Under the pieces are notes generated by a model. The model worked only from the letters and a program-made list of their open reading frames with translations. It did no database searches and was not told where the DNA came from. The position numbers and the translations under genes were made by a program. From Octopus bimaculoides (taxonomy: Eukaryota), in the NCBI RefSeq assembly GCF_001194135.2, contig NC_068983.1, positions 123,603,496 through 123,667,495 of the forward strand: 64,000 nucleotides of DNA, written 5' to 3'. The stretch's first letter is position 1; every line of letters begins with the position of its first letter. Shown in pieces: positions 13,604-25,190 of this stretch.

Positions 13604-14006
13604 ACTCTTTTACTTGTTTCAGTCATTTGACTGCGGCCATGCTGGAGCAATGCCTTTAGTCGAGCAAATTGACCCCAGGACTTATTCTTTGTAAGCCTAG
13701 TACTTATTATATCGGTCTCTTTTTGCCGAACCGCTAAGTTACAGGGACGTTAACACACCAGCATCGGTTGTCAAGCGATGTTGGGTGGACAAACACAGAC
13801 ACACATACATATATATATACATATATATGTATATATATACATATATACAACGGGCTTCTTTCAGTTTCCGTCTACCAAATCCACTCACAAGGCTTTGGTC
13901 AGCCCGAGGCTATAGTAGAAGACACTTGCCCAAGGTGCTACGCAGTGGGACTGAACCTGGAACCATGTGGCTGGTAAGCAAGCTACTTACCACACAGTCA
14001 CTCCTG
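13604..14006 (-). mobile_element. tRNA-derived SINE, near full length, in UBXN4 intron 11
   Basis: Reverse complement of the family at 5196 and 45160; retains CpGs. Confidence 0.85.
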
Positions 14007-15303
14007 ATGATGATGATAATGATTCTATGCATCTTCGATATTCTTTAATTCAAAATTCACACTTCCAGTCCCACCAAAAATTATGAAGAAATGATTGTCT
14101 CCTTTGTACTAGCTGTCCACCAGGGACTCCATTAGACAGAGAGGAACAGTAATCAACAAATGAATTGTCATGATTTCATTATTAAGATTTTTTATCAAGA
14201 GCAACGATGGATTGGTAGAATTGTTAGCACATCAGACATATTTACTGGAATAAAAAACCCCCAAAATAACTGTACTTGTTTTGGTGTTTAACATCTGAAA
14301 TTCAAATTCCACCAAGGTCAACTTCACCTTTCATCCCTACTTTTTCTTAATAGTGAGAGCTGTTTCCCAGTTTTTTTTCCATCTTGTAAGTTACATGGCA
14401 ACCTCACTAGTTCTGATAGCATGCAAAAAAGCACCCAGTACACTCTTAAGTGGCTGGTGTTAAGAAAGGCATCCAGCCATAGAAACCATGCCAAAGATGA
14501 CACAGCCCTGTAGCTTGCCAATTTCCTGCATGCCAGCACGAAAAGCAAATGTTAAAAATGATAATAATGATGATATTTGCATCAGTTTTATTCCATGAAA
14601 ATATTCAGAAAATGTTTTATATATCTAGATGTGTATTCTGCTTTTAGAATGGGTACACTGCATACCTACATGCTGTAAGTAGTAACTGAAAAGATTCATG
14701 ATAAGAAAGATATCCAGCCACAAATCTATATCTCAGAAAATCCATTCAAGTTTTGCCAGCACAAAGGAGCAGACATAAAATGATGATGATGATAAAGTGC
14801 AGTATAAATCTGAAAATCATTGTTCTCACTGTTTTATTAATAATCATTTCTTTTTAATGTTCACATTATCAAACTTGTCTTAACCAGCTAAAATTTCTGT
14901 GATAGCTTCTGTATGCTGATTTTTTTAATGAACACAACAACACTTAATTCCTATCTATTCTATTCTCTTTGGTCAGATGAACAAAGCTACTTCTTTAGTC
15001 TATGATCCCTGGAACTAACTACTTATACTGAAATTGAAAGCCAACCACTGTATTGACAACAATTGAAATAACAAGCTGTCAAGTGAGACTCTACGTGGTC
15101 CCTCAACCTGCTGGAAATAGCACCCAACTCTCCCTCAAATCACACAGAATACTACTTCAGAAAATAAATGACCAAGACATTGTAGTAAGAGATATAAAAA
15201 GACAGGATGGTCAGGTTATGGCTGGTATGAGAAATTTGCTCAGTCATGAGAAATTCAAACTAGTAGGGTAACAAAAAAAAAAAAAAAAAAAAAAAAAACT
15301 TAC

Positions 15304-15503
15304 GTTGACGGCCGTTGAGAAGTTGTACTCGATGGAACTGTGCTTTCATTGTCTTTCTTTGTGGTTCTACTATCTCCTGGGTTTGCATTGGTTGGTGTTC
15401 CAAATATTATTCCATATATAAAGTTCAACAATGTAAATAGAGGTGCTAGTATCATGCCAAGAAAATTGTTGGAGTACTTTTTTGGAGCCAAAACTGATTT
15501 TAC
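15304..15503 (-). CDS. UBXN4: UBXN4 coding exon 11 (hydrophobic membrane-anchor segment)
   Basis: CAG acceptor, GTAAGT donor, 200 nt. Reads VKSVLAPKKYSNNFLGMILAPLFTLLNFIYGIIFGTP..QRPST. Confidence 0.92.
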
Positions 15504-15811
15504 CTGGAAATAAGAATATAAACAAATGAATACACTGCACCAACAGTCACCACTACCCCACCATCAACCTCCATGCTAGCATGGAAGACAGATGATAATG
15601 ATATATATGTATGTGTGTGTGTGCGCATTGTAATTTGCTTATGAGAATGGGCCTTAACACATTGTAAGAAGCTTTGCTATTTTCCATTTTCTTTCCCTTC
15701 TTCGTGTGTGTGTGTGTGTGTAGGTGCATACATGATGAGCTTCTTTGAGTTTCCAGCTATCAAATCCACTCATAAAGCTTTAGTCAGGAACTATAGTATA
15801 TATTGTATGAG

Positions 15812-16036
15812 TAAACCTTTTAGCATTTAAAACGTTTATATCCAGACAAAATATTCTACCTGTTTTACGTTCTAACTGGCCAGATCTGGCCTCTCACACA
15901 AACTCTACAATATCATTCTAAAAATTAACAGTTACCTCTTCAAAATCTCAAAGCTATGAGATAATGCATGAATAATTCAAAACAATGTGAATAAATAATC
16001 ATTACTTTTGAAGGAATATGAATGCTAAAGGGTTAA
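15812..16036. mobile_element. piggyBac-like MITE
   Basis: Termini resemble (TT)AACCCTTTAGCATT..AATGCTAAAGGGTTAA; homologous to 20563-20785 and 59467-60099. Confidence 0.6.
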
Positions 16037-16423
16037 ATTTCTTGATAAGGGTGGAGAGACAATCCATTCCTACATGGGATGAACAGTTTCTGGGGTTTCT
16101 AACTTATTATTTACACAGAGGAGCACATGGAAGTTTGCATGTTGAGCTTTCATATTTTTTTACATTTTGTAATTATTTCATTATTTGATATTTTACAGAT
16201 TTTTCTTAAAACTTGTACAGTTAACTAGAAAGATAATAAAGATACCTGGTACTTTTAGTATCAAGAGCTGAATAAACTTCTAACCATAGAAGAATGAAAT
16301 GAGAATAGTATATTTCTTCAAAGAGAAATTGAGATAAGATGTACAACACACTTTACAGCAAGTTTGCAAGTTATTTTGTGCAAATACAATAATTGTACAA
16401 GCTAGAGGTCACTTTCCACTTAC

Positions 16424-16546
16424 CGGTATGACGAGAATAACAGCACTGGGTACGAGTTCAAGAGATAATAAACTTGAATTCATGTCCTGAGCAGTGAAAG
16501 TTCGCTTTGGGAACATTGTATACAGCTGGATATTTGAACCAGTATG
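16424..16546 (-). CDS. UBXN4: UBXN4 coding exon 10 (UBX domain, C-terminal half)
   Basis: TAG acceptor, GTAAGT donor, 123 nt. Reads HTGSNIQLYTMFPKRTFTAQDMNSSLLSLELVPSAVILVIP, containing the FPxR and L.PSA UBX motifs. Confidence 0.95.
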
Positions 16547-17405
16547 CTAGAAAATGCAACAGGAAATCAACGTTGAGAAAAAAAAAAATTGACAAATTAC
16601 AAAATCACAAGTCTTATATATAATTATCAAAACTACTAACATCTCAATACTTGTTATTTAGCAAACTCAGCTCTGCTGAGGCAGACATGCAGCATAGAGA
16701 AAACTTGGCGAACTTTTAAGAGTTGACCAGATATCTAGTTCCCCAATATACCCAACTTCAGTATGGACATAGTGACTTGAGCAAATGTGGTAGCTGAATC
16801 ACTCTTAACATTAAAAATAGAAGAACATGATCCTAAACTGTCAAGACAACATGCTCAATGTAAAGAAAGAAAAGATCAAAGCATGAATGCTGATTAAACA
16901 AACTTCTTTTCTCCAGTTGAATGAGTATCTGTGTGGTTAGCTTTATATTTAATCTCTGGACTGCATTATTCAACATTATTAATGAAAGGCAAATCTAAAA
17001 ATTGTCAGTTTCATTCCTTCATTTTACAACTTATAAAATTGCAAAAATATAAAACAGAAATGAAAACTTTATATTTTCACCCATTTATAGTAAAAGGCTA
17101 TTCTAAACAAGACAGATATGGAAAAATATTCTAATCATAGTCGTCATCATTTTATGTTAGTTTTTTTTTCCTTAGGCACAAGTTGACAGATACTCAAAGG
17201 CCATGTTTTACAGTCAGATGCTCTTCCTGTTGCCTACCATTTTAGTTACTTCTTAAAATATGCAGGGATGCTGTATACCTATTCTAAAACTGTGATAAAA
17301 AAAACGAAGGCAATGTTTATGTTAGATTTTAACAAATAAGATGAAAGCCCTTAGCTGTACAAACGTAGAAAAACACACAGAGTAAGACAAAAATGCAATA
17401 CTAAC

Positions 17406-17508
17406 TTGAGAAATAAAACTGCAGGCTACTGAAAGTGGTTCAGAGGATTTAAACTGTTGCGTTATTGCAGAACCATCTGGTAAGCGAAACTGAAGTCGGG
17501 AAATTTCT
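17406..17508 (-). CDS. UBXN4: UBXN4 coding exon 9 (UBX domain, N-terminal half)
   Basis: CAG acceptor, GTTAGT donor, 103 nt. Reads EISRLQFRLPDGSAITQQFKSSEPLSVACSFISQ. Confidence 0.95.
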
Positions 17509-17548
17509 CTGGAAATAAAATCCATATTCATAATTAAATAAAATTATC

Positions 17549-17890
17549 AGAAAGTGACAATTTGGAAAGTTTAACAAAACCTTTATATTTCAGGTGCAAA
17601 AGCCCATCTTCAGAAGAAAAACAGTCTGGGAAATGTCCAGTTACGCAGGTTCTTTTAACCCATCCAACCCCACCAATATTATGTAGCAGCAGCAGTCACT
17701 CTCCAAGCATCAGTGTAATTGACACAATTACACCTATGCTTGGAGAGTGACTGCTGCTGCTACATAACACTAGGGGATTTGAATGGGTTAATAGAACCTG
17801 CATAATTGGACATTCTTCTTCTGGAGATGGGCTTTTGTGCCTGAAATATAAAGGTTTTATAAAACTATCAGCATTGTCAGAAGCTTTCTA
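17549..17890. repeat. Long fold-back inverted repeat in UBXN4 intron 8
   Basis: Arms about 17549-17721 and 17725-17890; innermost pairing TGTAATTG-ACA-CAATTACA. Confidence 0.95.
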
Positions 17891-17981
17891 TTTTCTCTCT
17901 TTTTACCTTCTACTATTTTACATAGTAGAGTAGTAAAATATTAAGAAAATGTGACCCTCTAATTCTAAGTTTGATAATTAC

Positions 17982-18104
17982 TTTCGTGCAGCTTCTCTCT
18001 CAGCAGCAGTCATCTGATTTTCTTGCATTTTCTTCTCTCTCATCTCTTTTTGCATCAGCTCCCTTTCGACTTTTTCCTGTTCATACTTGGCTTTACGCTG
18101 AGCC
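17982..18104 (-). CDS. UBXN4: UBXN4 coding exon 8 (coiled coil)
   Basis: CAG acceptor, GTAATT donor, 123 nt. Reads AQRKAKYEQEKVERELMQKEMREKKMQENQMTAAEREAAR. Confidence 0.93.
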
Positions 18105-19524
18105 CTGTCACAAAACGGGATTTGAAATTATCATCATCATAATTTGACACATGAAAGAATTATCTGTTTTAATGAACAAAATAAAACTATAATTTCATTT
18201 GTTCATGTTTTTTTTTTTTAATGCTGGCTTATTCCATACTAGCATGGTTTAAAAGAGTCTTATTGAGACAGTATTCTATGGTCAATGTCCTTCCTATTGC
18301 CAACTCTTATCTGTTAGATTAGGGAGTTATTTTTATTCTATTAGTCTTCACACACCAAATCAAATAAAACTGTTGAGCTACAGGAAATATTGTTTACAGG
18401 AGGATGTAAATGCATAAACATATAATCATTGCTTAAAATGACAAGACACACACGTAGTGCATGTGTTTTAATACTTATATTCTTCTTGATTTGATCTGAC
18501 ACTACCATAAAGTCCATAGGAGGATATATTGAAGTGGTTTCTAAGTAGACATGTTGCCAAAGAAGTTTGAGTAAGAGTGATAAATAGTTGTGATATTCAT
18601 ATAATAGTCAAGGGTATTAACAACTCAGTGTCCGTTTTTCATGCTGACATGAGTAAGAACATTTGATGGAACTGGTGAGCTGGAGAGCTGTACCAGGCTC
18701 CAGTCTGTTTTGGTTTGGTTTTTATGACTGGATGCCCTTCTTAAAGCCAACCACCCCATAGAGTGTACTAGGTGTTTTTAATTGTCACTCGCACAGGTGT
18801 CTTTTATGTGTTACCGGTACAGGTGCATACAAAAATATCACAAATAAAAAAATTAAGATGTTGACAAGGTTCAATGTTAACATACTTTGCTGCAACATAT
18901 TAAAAGTCATTAACTGGAACCAGTAATATAAGGTCTTGTCTATCAACTAAAATTGATTGTCTGTCCATTTCAAACATCATTAATTAGCATAATACTATTC
19001 CCTGCTGACTATTTATTAACCTTGCATATGATCAGCAGCTAAACCCATAAGCATTTAGATTAACCTATCAAATGTAATGCTTATTTATTCACATAGTTTT
19101 TAATTAATCATGCATTATTTTGTAGCTTCAAAATTTTGATAATGTGATTGTTTATTTTTAGTTTGACACTGAAGGGTAGTCATGAGAAGCTGGCTATAGC
19201 TGGTTTGAACATAAAACAAGAAGAATATTTCATCCAGATATGGCCATTCTAAAAGCTAAGGGATCAAACTTAGTCACTAGCACAATCTTCTACCTTATTC
19301 CTAGTGATGGCTATTTTTCCAGATGCCATATGCATGTCATGGTTAAAGATGTTAATGCTAAAATATCTTCCTCAACCATCAAATCCATGTTGAAAAACAA
19401 GGATAGGTATGATACAAAAGACTAAATTTGAACAGCAGAAACAGAGTGAAATGAAATTTCAAACAGCCAGTTTCAACAGCCCTTATTTTACTAAGAAGCC
19501 TGATGTACTAGAAATCTTTTTTAC

Positions 19525-19694
19525 CTGTCCCGATCAATTTCTTCCTTGATGCGTTGTCTTGCTCGACGGTCTTCTTCTCTCTCCTTCTTGATTTCATCTT
19601 GCATCTCTTTCAAACTTCGGTCAACTTGGCCCCTTCGAAGTTTTTGGACATCTTTCCCAAGCTGTCTTCGGTTAATTTCTTTTTCTTTTTCCTT
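19525..19694 (-). CDS. UBXN4: UBXN4 coding exon 7 (coiled coil)
   Basis: CAG acceptor, GTAAAA donor, 170 nt. Reads KEKEKEINRRQLGKDVQKLRRGQVDRSLKEMQDEIKKEREEDRRARQRIKEEIDRDR. Confidence 0.95.
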
Positions 19695-20423
19695 CTGTTG
19701 AAAATTACAAAGTTATTTAAATATACAATTATAATAATGTAACTGCAAAAGAGAAACAGTTTGGAAATGATGCAGTTTCTGATAGGATGGGGGNNNNNNN
19801 NNNNNNNNNNNNNNNNNNNNNNNNNNNNNNNNNNNNNNNNNNNNNNNNNNNNNNNNNNNNNNNNNNNNNNGGGGGGGGGGGGAACCACAAGAATTATAAT
19901 TCTGGTGAACAAAAAAAATGCAAAAGAACTAACTAAGTTGCATTTATTAATCCAAAGAAAACCTCTATCAGAGTCACCTGTTCAAGAGTCTAGTAGGGAC
20001 TGAGAAAACTAAGAACAGATAAATGATGGCTTATAAGAAATGTTTATGTCATGTATGAACACATTAACAGCATGGTCAGACATAACAGTGAATTCAGCCA
20101 AAGAGTTAGTGGTATACTTTAAAATATAGCACTTTTCTGATCTAAGCATGTTTTTCTTCATTAGAATTCCCGAGACAATAACATAGACCTAGCAGCACTT
20201 GGGAAATTTTACATGCAACTAACTTGGTTCTAATTTTTTTTACCCAGAGTGAACATTGTTGTTTATACATTCTTTGCTTGTAAAGTGAAAAAAAAAAAAA
20301 AAGTCTCATCTGAGGTATTTAACTTGATCTTGTCTTTCTCTGAGCTAGGCTTAATTAGAGGCAAACAACAAAAACATTACCTGAAGTGAATTTGTAAACA
20401 AGATAATTTGTAAATTTACTGAC

Positions 20424-20478
20424 CTTTCCTTCATTAACTTGTTTTATCTCTTGATTCTCTTGGATTTTCTCTTTTGCA
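20424..20478 (-). CDS. UBXN4: UBXN4 coding exon 6
   Basis: CAG acceptor after a pyrimidine tract, GTCAGT donor, 55 nt. Reads (Y)AKEKIQENQEIKQVNEGK; phases match both neighbouring exons. Confidence 0.88.
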
Positions 20479-20562
20479 CTGTAGGAGGATGAAAAAAATG
20501 ACCAGGTTAAGATCAATTACAAGCACATTCTTAATCAGCTCAATGAACTAATAATTGGGTCA

Positions 20563-20785
20563 TTAACTCTTTAGCATTCAGATTATTCTGTCAAATGTAA
20601 TGTTAATTTATTCATATTGTTTTGAATTTATTATGCATTATCTTGTAGCTACGAAATTTCAATTGGGTAATTGTTTATTTTTAGAATGACATTGTAGGGT
20701 GTCAGAGGAAAAATCTGGCCAGTTTGAACATAATACAGATAAATATTTGGGTCGGATATGGCCAGTTTAAATGCTAAAGGGTTAA
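20563..20785. mobile_element. piggyBac-like MITE
   Basis: TTAA at both ends; TIR-like CTCTTTAGCATT / AATGCTAAAGGG. Confidence 0.65.
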
Positions 20786-21871
20786 GATGACTCAATATAA
20801 GAACATATAATTTAGCAATAAATGGTAGTGCATCAATTGAAAGTACAGAAGATAAATACTACATCTGAATTACATGAGATCTAGTAAAAAAAACCTATCT
20901 TCAACAAAAATAAAAAGAAACTATATTAAGGATCAAAATCCTACACAATTATTAGGAGAGAAGGAAAAAGATGATTGTAAAATTAACCTTGTTACAAGCT
21001 CACCTGTAACTACCTATATATTTAAACTAGTGCAGCCATTATTACATGACTGAAGATTTGATGGTAAAGTTTCACTGTAGTTATATATATTCTTTACACA
21101 AATTTTTTTGTCAAATTTTGTATTCCAGACAACAATGTAAGATATATCGTTGTTTAACGTCCACTTTCCATGCAAGCATGGGTTATAAAATGTTTAGTTA
21201 TTTTACTAAACACTTTCCCAATTTCAAACTCAAACATGGGAAAGTTTACTACTATTACTACTTATCATCATCATCCTTGTTTCCATTTCCCATGTTGGCA
21301 TGAGCAAGGCAGTTTGACAGGAATTGTCAAGTCAGAAAAATACACCAAGCTCTGCTGTCTGTTTTGACATGGTTTCTACAGCCAGATGCCCTTCCTAATG
21401 CCAACCGCTTTACACAATGGACTGAGTGCTTCTTATGTGGTTCCAGGTTCAGTCCCACAATATGGCACCTTGGGTAAGTCTTCTACTATATCCTGGGCCA
21501 ACCAAAGCCTTGGGAGTGGATTTGGTAGTAGAAAACTGAAAGAAGCCTGTCATATATATGTATTAGTATATATTTGTGTATGCGTCACCTTGTTTTAACA
21601 TCAAATGAGCTGTAAATGATTGCCATTGTCATACAATTAGTGCCATTCATTTCCAATATTCTGTAAGAACATGTCTGGTCATGGGGAAATATTACCTTAC
21701 TTGGAAACAAGTGAGGATTGCCGACAGGAAGGTTGTAGAAAAACCGCCTCAATAAATTCCATCCAACCCATGTGAACATGGGAAAGTGGATATTAAAACA
21801 ATGGTGACAATGCTGGTGATACTGCAACAAAATCGCCTGAAGAAAGAAACTGAACACAAACAACAACTCAC

Positions 21872-22146
21872 TACATAACTCGCTGGTCCAAGGAATTAGA
21901 GGCTGAAGAATCTGGTGCTGCAGATGTAGAGGGTACCTCTGCTGAAGGAGCTACAAGAGATTCTGCTGCAGGTTGGTCAGTGTGTTCCAGTTCCATGCTC
22001 TCAGGAGCTGCATTTAACCTTTCTGGTTCTGGTGTTACAGCTGATGTTGTTGGTGTCGCTGCTGCTGCTGCTACCGGTGCTGCAGCTGCTGCTCGTGTTT
22101 TATCAACATCCATGTTAGCAGCACCAGATAGCTGGCTCTCATGAAT
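21872..22146 (-). CDS. UBXN4: UBXN4 coding exon 5 (A/P/S/T-rich linker)
   Basis: TAG acceptor, GTGAGT donor, 275 nt. Reads IHESQLSGAANMDVDKTRAAAAAP..SNSLDQRVM; the provided ORF 21871-22113 is part of it. Confidence 0.9.
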
Positions 22147-22359
22147 CTAGAATAAATTTCTCAAATTTTAATTGAATTTTTAACACGATCAATCAAAGAA
22201 ACATGGTATTAAATGCTAGTTAAAGCTGTCTCTATTAAATACACTAAGAATAAATATGCAGTAAGGTGGACGGGGAGAAAACTCCATATTAATCAACAAC
22301 CAAGACCAGTAAGTAGGGGACACAACTCCGGGAATGTTTCCTCATCATAAAAGCATAAT

Positions 22360-22640
22360 TCACTACTGTATCTGTCTACTGTACATGACCTTCACTATAC
22401 TTGCCTACTGTACATACTCCACCAATGTACTTGCCAACTATGCATACCCCCCCCCATTGTACATAAACCCCTCTGTACTTGTCTACTGCAGATATCCCTA
22501 ACAGTACTTGACTATCGCACATAAACCCCACTGTACTTGGCTACTGTATATAAACTCCAAAGTACTAGCCCACTATACATACCCACCACTGTACTTGCTG
22601 ACTGTACATATCCAGCACCGTACTCACCCCCTGTACTTGT
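22360..22640. repeat. Diverged minisatellite, unit about 30 bp
   Basis: Repeated CCACTGTACTTG(C/T)CTACTGTACATA-like units. Confidence 0.8.
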
Positions 22641-22800
22641 AAAAGGGGAGATAAAAGAACCACTAAGTAAATGTACAAAAGATTGCACATTTGTTAGTAT
22701 ATGATTCTTTTTCATTTAGCTGTTATTGATTGGATTTAAGAGTAATTAGTACTTAATCCTTGCACAATCAAGAATCTAAATTACCATTAGTTAACCATAC

Positions 22801-23243
22801 TGGTATAACTACAGAGTTGTACCCCCACCCCGACTTTGGAAGGTCATAACTTTCGCACATAATAGAGAAAGATGAAACAATTATGGACGACTTGCTCCGA
22901 AACACCACCGAGTGGGGAACACTTCTCAAAAATAACCTGCAGTTGTTTCCTTCAAAATTCCTACATGCTCGAAATGTACATACATCAAGGTATATTTGTA
23001 GAAAATTTCACGAAAAAATATTCATTTTCCTGGAAGTTAAGAAGAATTTAAGTGGACTCTGTTGGAATTTCCGAAAATTGTCCCCCACCCCCATTCCAAA
23101 ACACTTTCACCGAAAATTTTTGTATATTCGGAATCTACATAATAAATCATATATGCATAGAAAATTTCATTCAAAAATATTCATTTTTCTGAAAGTTATG
23201 ACTTTCCAAAGTCGGGTGGGGGGACAACTCTGTAGTTATGCCA
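22801..23243. mobile_element. MITE with about 54-bp TIRs and an internal tandem duplication
   Basis: TGGTATAACTACAGAGTTGTACCCCCACCCCGACTTTGGAAGGTCATAACTTTC is inverted at 23191-23243. Confidence 0.75.
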
Positions 23244-23605
23244 CCACACTTTTCTTGATGTTAAGCAATAAAAAAACAAAATATTTTTTGGGTAGGATAC
23301 TAGTCTATGGCATGAAGACTTTCCTGGAAAGCCAGATATATATTTTCTTGTGAAGTTAATTGCTAGGATTAATTATTTTACCCAGCAAAGATCTGAAACA
23401 TTTACAATTAGAGCTAACAACTTATGATCGAGTACCAAGGTGCATTACCTCAGATTTTTCTCAGTTATATTTCATGCACTTTATCCATTTAACAATAGTT
23501 TTAAAATATCAGCTCAATAAAAAGTGTAGGTGAAACAAGTAATTTTAAAAAAATCATAGCAATTTTAACAAGTGAATTGAGATGGTTTCCCACTCTCTAA
23601 GAAAT

Positions 23606-23870
23606 CATCATCATCATCATCGTTTAACGTCCGCTTTCCATGCTAGCATGGGTTGGACGATTTGACTGAGGACTGGTGAAACCGGATGGCAACACCAGGC
23701 TCCAATCTGATTTGGCAGAGTTTCTACAGCTGGATACCCTTCCTAACACCAACCAGCAGGCGGTACTGGCAACGGCCACGCTCAAAATGGTGTATTTTAT
23801 GTGCCACCCGCACAAGAGCCAGTCCAGGGGCACTGGCAACGATCTCGCTCGAAAATCCTTACACATGTCT
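23606..23870 (-). mobile_element. RTE-derived short element (young subfamily)
   Basis: (CAT)n followed by CGTTTAACGTCCGCTTTCCATGCTAGCATGGG; nearly identical to 38588 and 53687. Confidence 0.85.
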
Positions 23871-25071
23871 TGCTGGAGAAGAAAAGACTATAACCAGCAT
23901 ATTAGAAAAGGCATCAAGGTGTAGAAATCATGTCAAAGCAGACAATGGAGCATGATATAGTCTTTGGGCTCATCAGATCCTGTCAAATGATCCAACCCAT
24001 GCCAGATGGAACATGGACATGAAATGACAATGATGATAATGATAAACCACAAGGGTTCACAGATACTGAAATTAAGCTCCAGTTTTTGTAGCATGAATTA
24101 GCAAAAGAAATCTCCCAATAAATAAAACAGGTGGTGTGGAATCATGTTGTAACAGATGCTGTATAATGGAAAGGTCATTTTGCCAATAAAAACACAAGCA
24201 CTGAATGAATTCCATTTTCTTTTATTATCATCATTCAGTTAAGGGCAGCAGATCGGTAGAACCATTGCACTGTTGGATAAAATACTTTGCAATATTTAGT
24301 TAAGGTTCTTTACTTTCCGAGTTCAAATCCTGCCATGGTTAACTTTTACCTTTCATCCCACTGGCATCCATAAAATGAAGTACCAAACAAGTACTAAAGT
24401 AAAGACCCCCTTCTGTCATGAATGACTATGAGATTGCACCTAGAAAGTTACCTTCTGAGGCACAAGTCCAGGCATGATTGTTTATGGAAGACCAGCATTC
24501 GCCCATGCATACCAGCCTCCCCTATCCATGCCACCAGTGTTATCCAAGGGAAAGGCAAAGGCTGATACAGTTTGGCACCAACAACATTGCAACTCATTTC
24601 TACAGCTGAGTGAACTGGAGCAACATGAAATAAAGCATCTTGCTCAAGAACACAACACACAGCCTGGTCTGGGAATCAAACTCACCACCTCATGATTATG
24701 AGTTAGACGCTCTTACCATGAGCCATGTGCCTGGGGTCAAAGTAATTAACCCCAGCCCCCAACTTTCTGGCCCTGTGCCTATGTAAGAAGCAATTATCAG
24801 TCAGTTAACTAATTAACTAATCACGTGTTTGGTGAACCAATTCCAAAGTTTATGACAGAAGGAGAGATGAGGTCACATAATCAATAAAGTAACAGACTGC
24901 AACAAAAGGATTCAGACAAACCAATTGATTGATGGATCAAATGATTGATTAATCAATTAGTCGACTAAATGAAAGTAAAAACTGAAATGTGCATGTGTTT
25001 ATATTCACAAAAAACTAAACAACTGCAATATTCAAAACAAAGAAAAATGTAATATAAAACAGTCAACTTAC

Positions 25072-25190
25072 TTTTATGACATCTTGAGCTTTCTTATTAA
25101 ACTCCTCTGGCCCCAAGTGGCCTGGTGTAATTTCAATTGGTAGACCATTTAATCCAATGAAAAATACTGATGGTACAAAAACTACTGGAT
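25072..25190 (-). CDS. UBXN4: UBXN4 coding exon 4 (thioredoxin-like domain)
   Basis: TAG acceptor, GTAAGT donor, 119 nt. Reads (Y)PVVFVPSVFFIGLNGLPIEITPGHLGPEEFNKKAQDVIK, matching the recalled vertebrate YPVVCVPSSFFIG..G.PLEVI. Confidence 0.95.

Noticed and set aside
22360-22640. CRISPR-like regular spacing
   Set aside because: Eukaryotic context; the units are tandem and diverged with no unique spacers and no cas genes.
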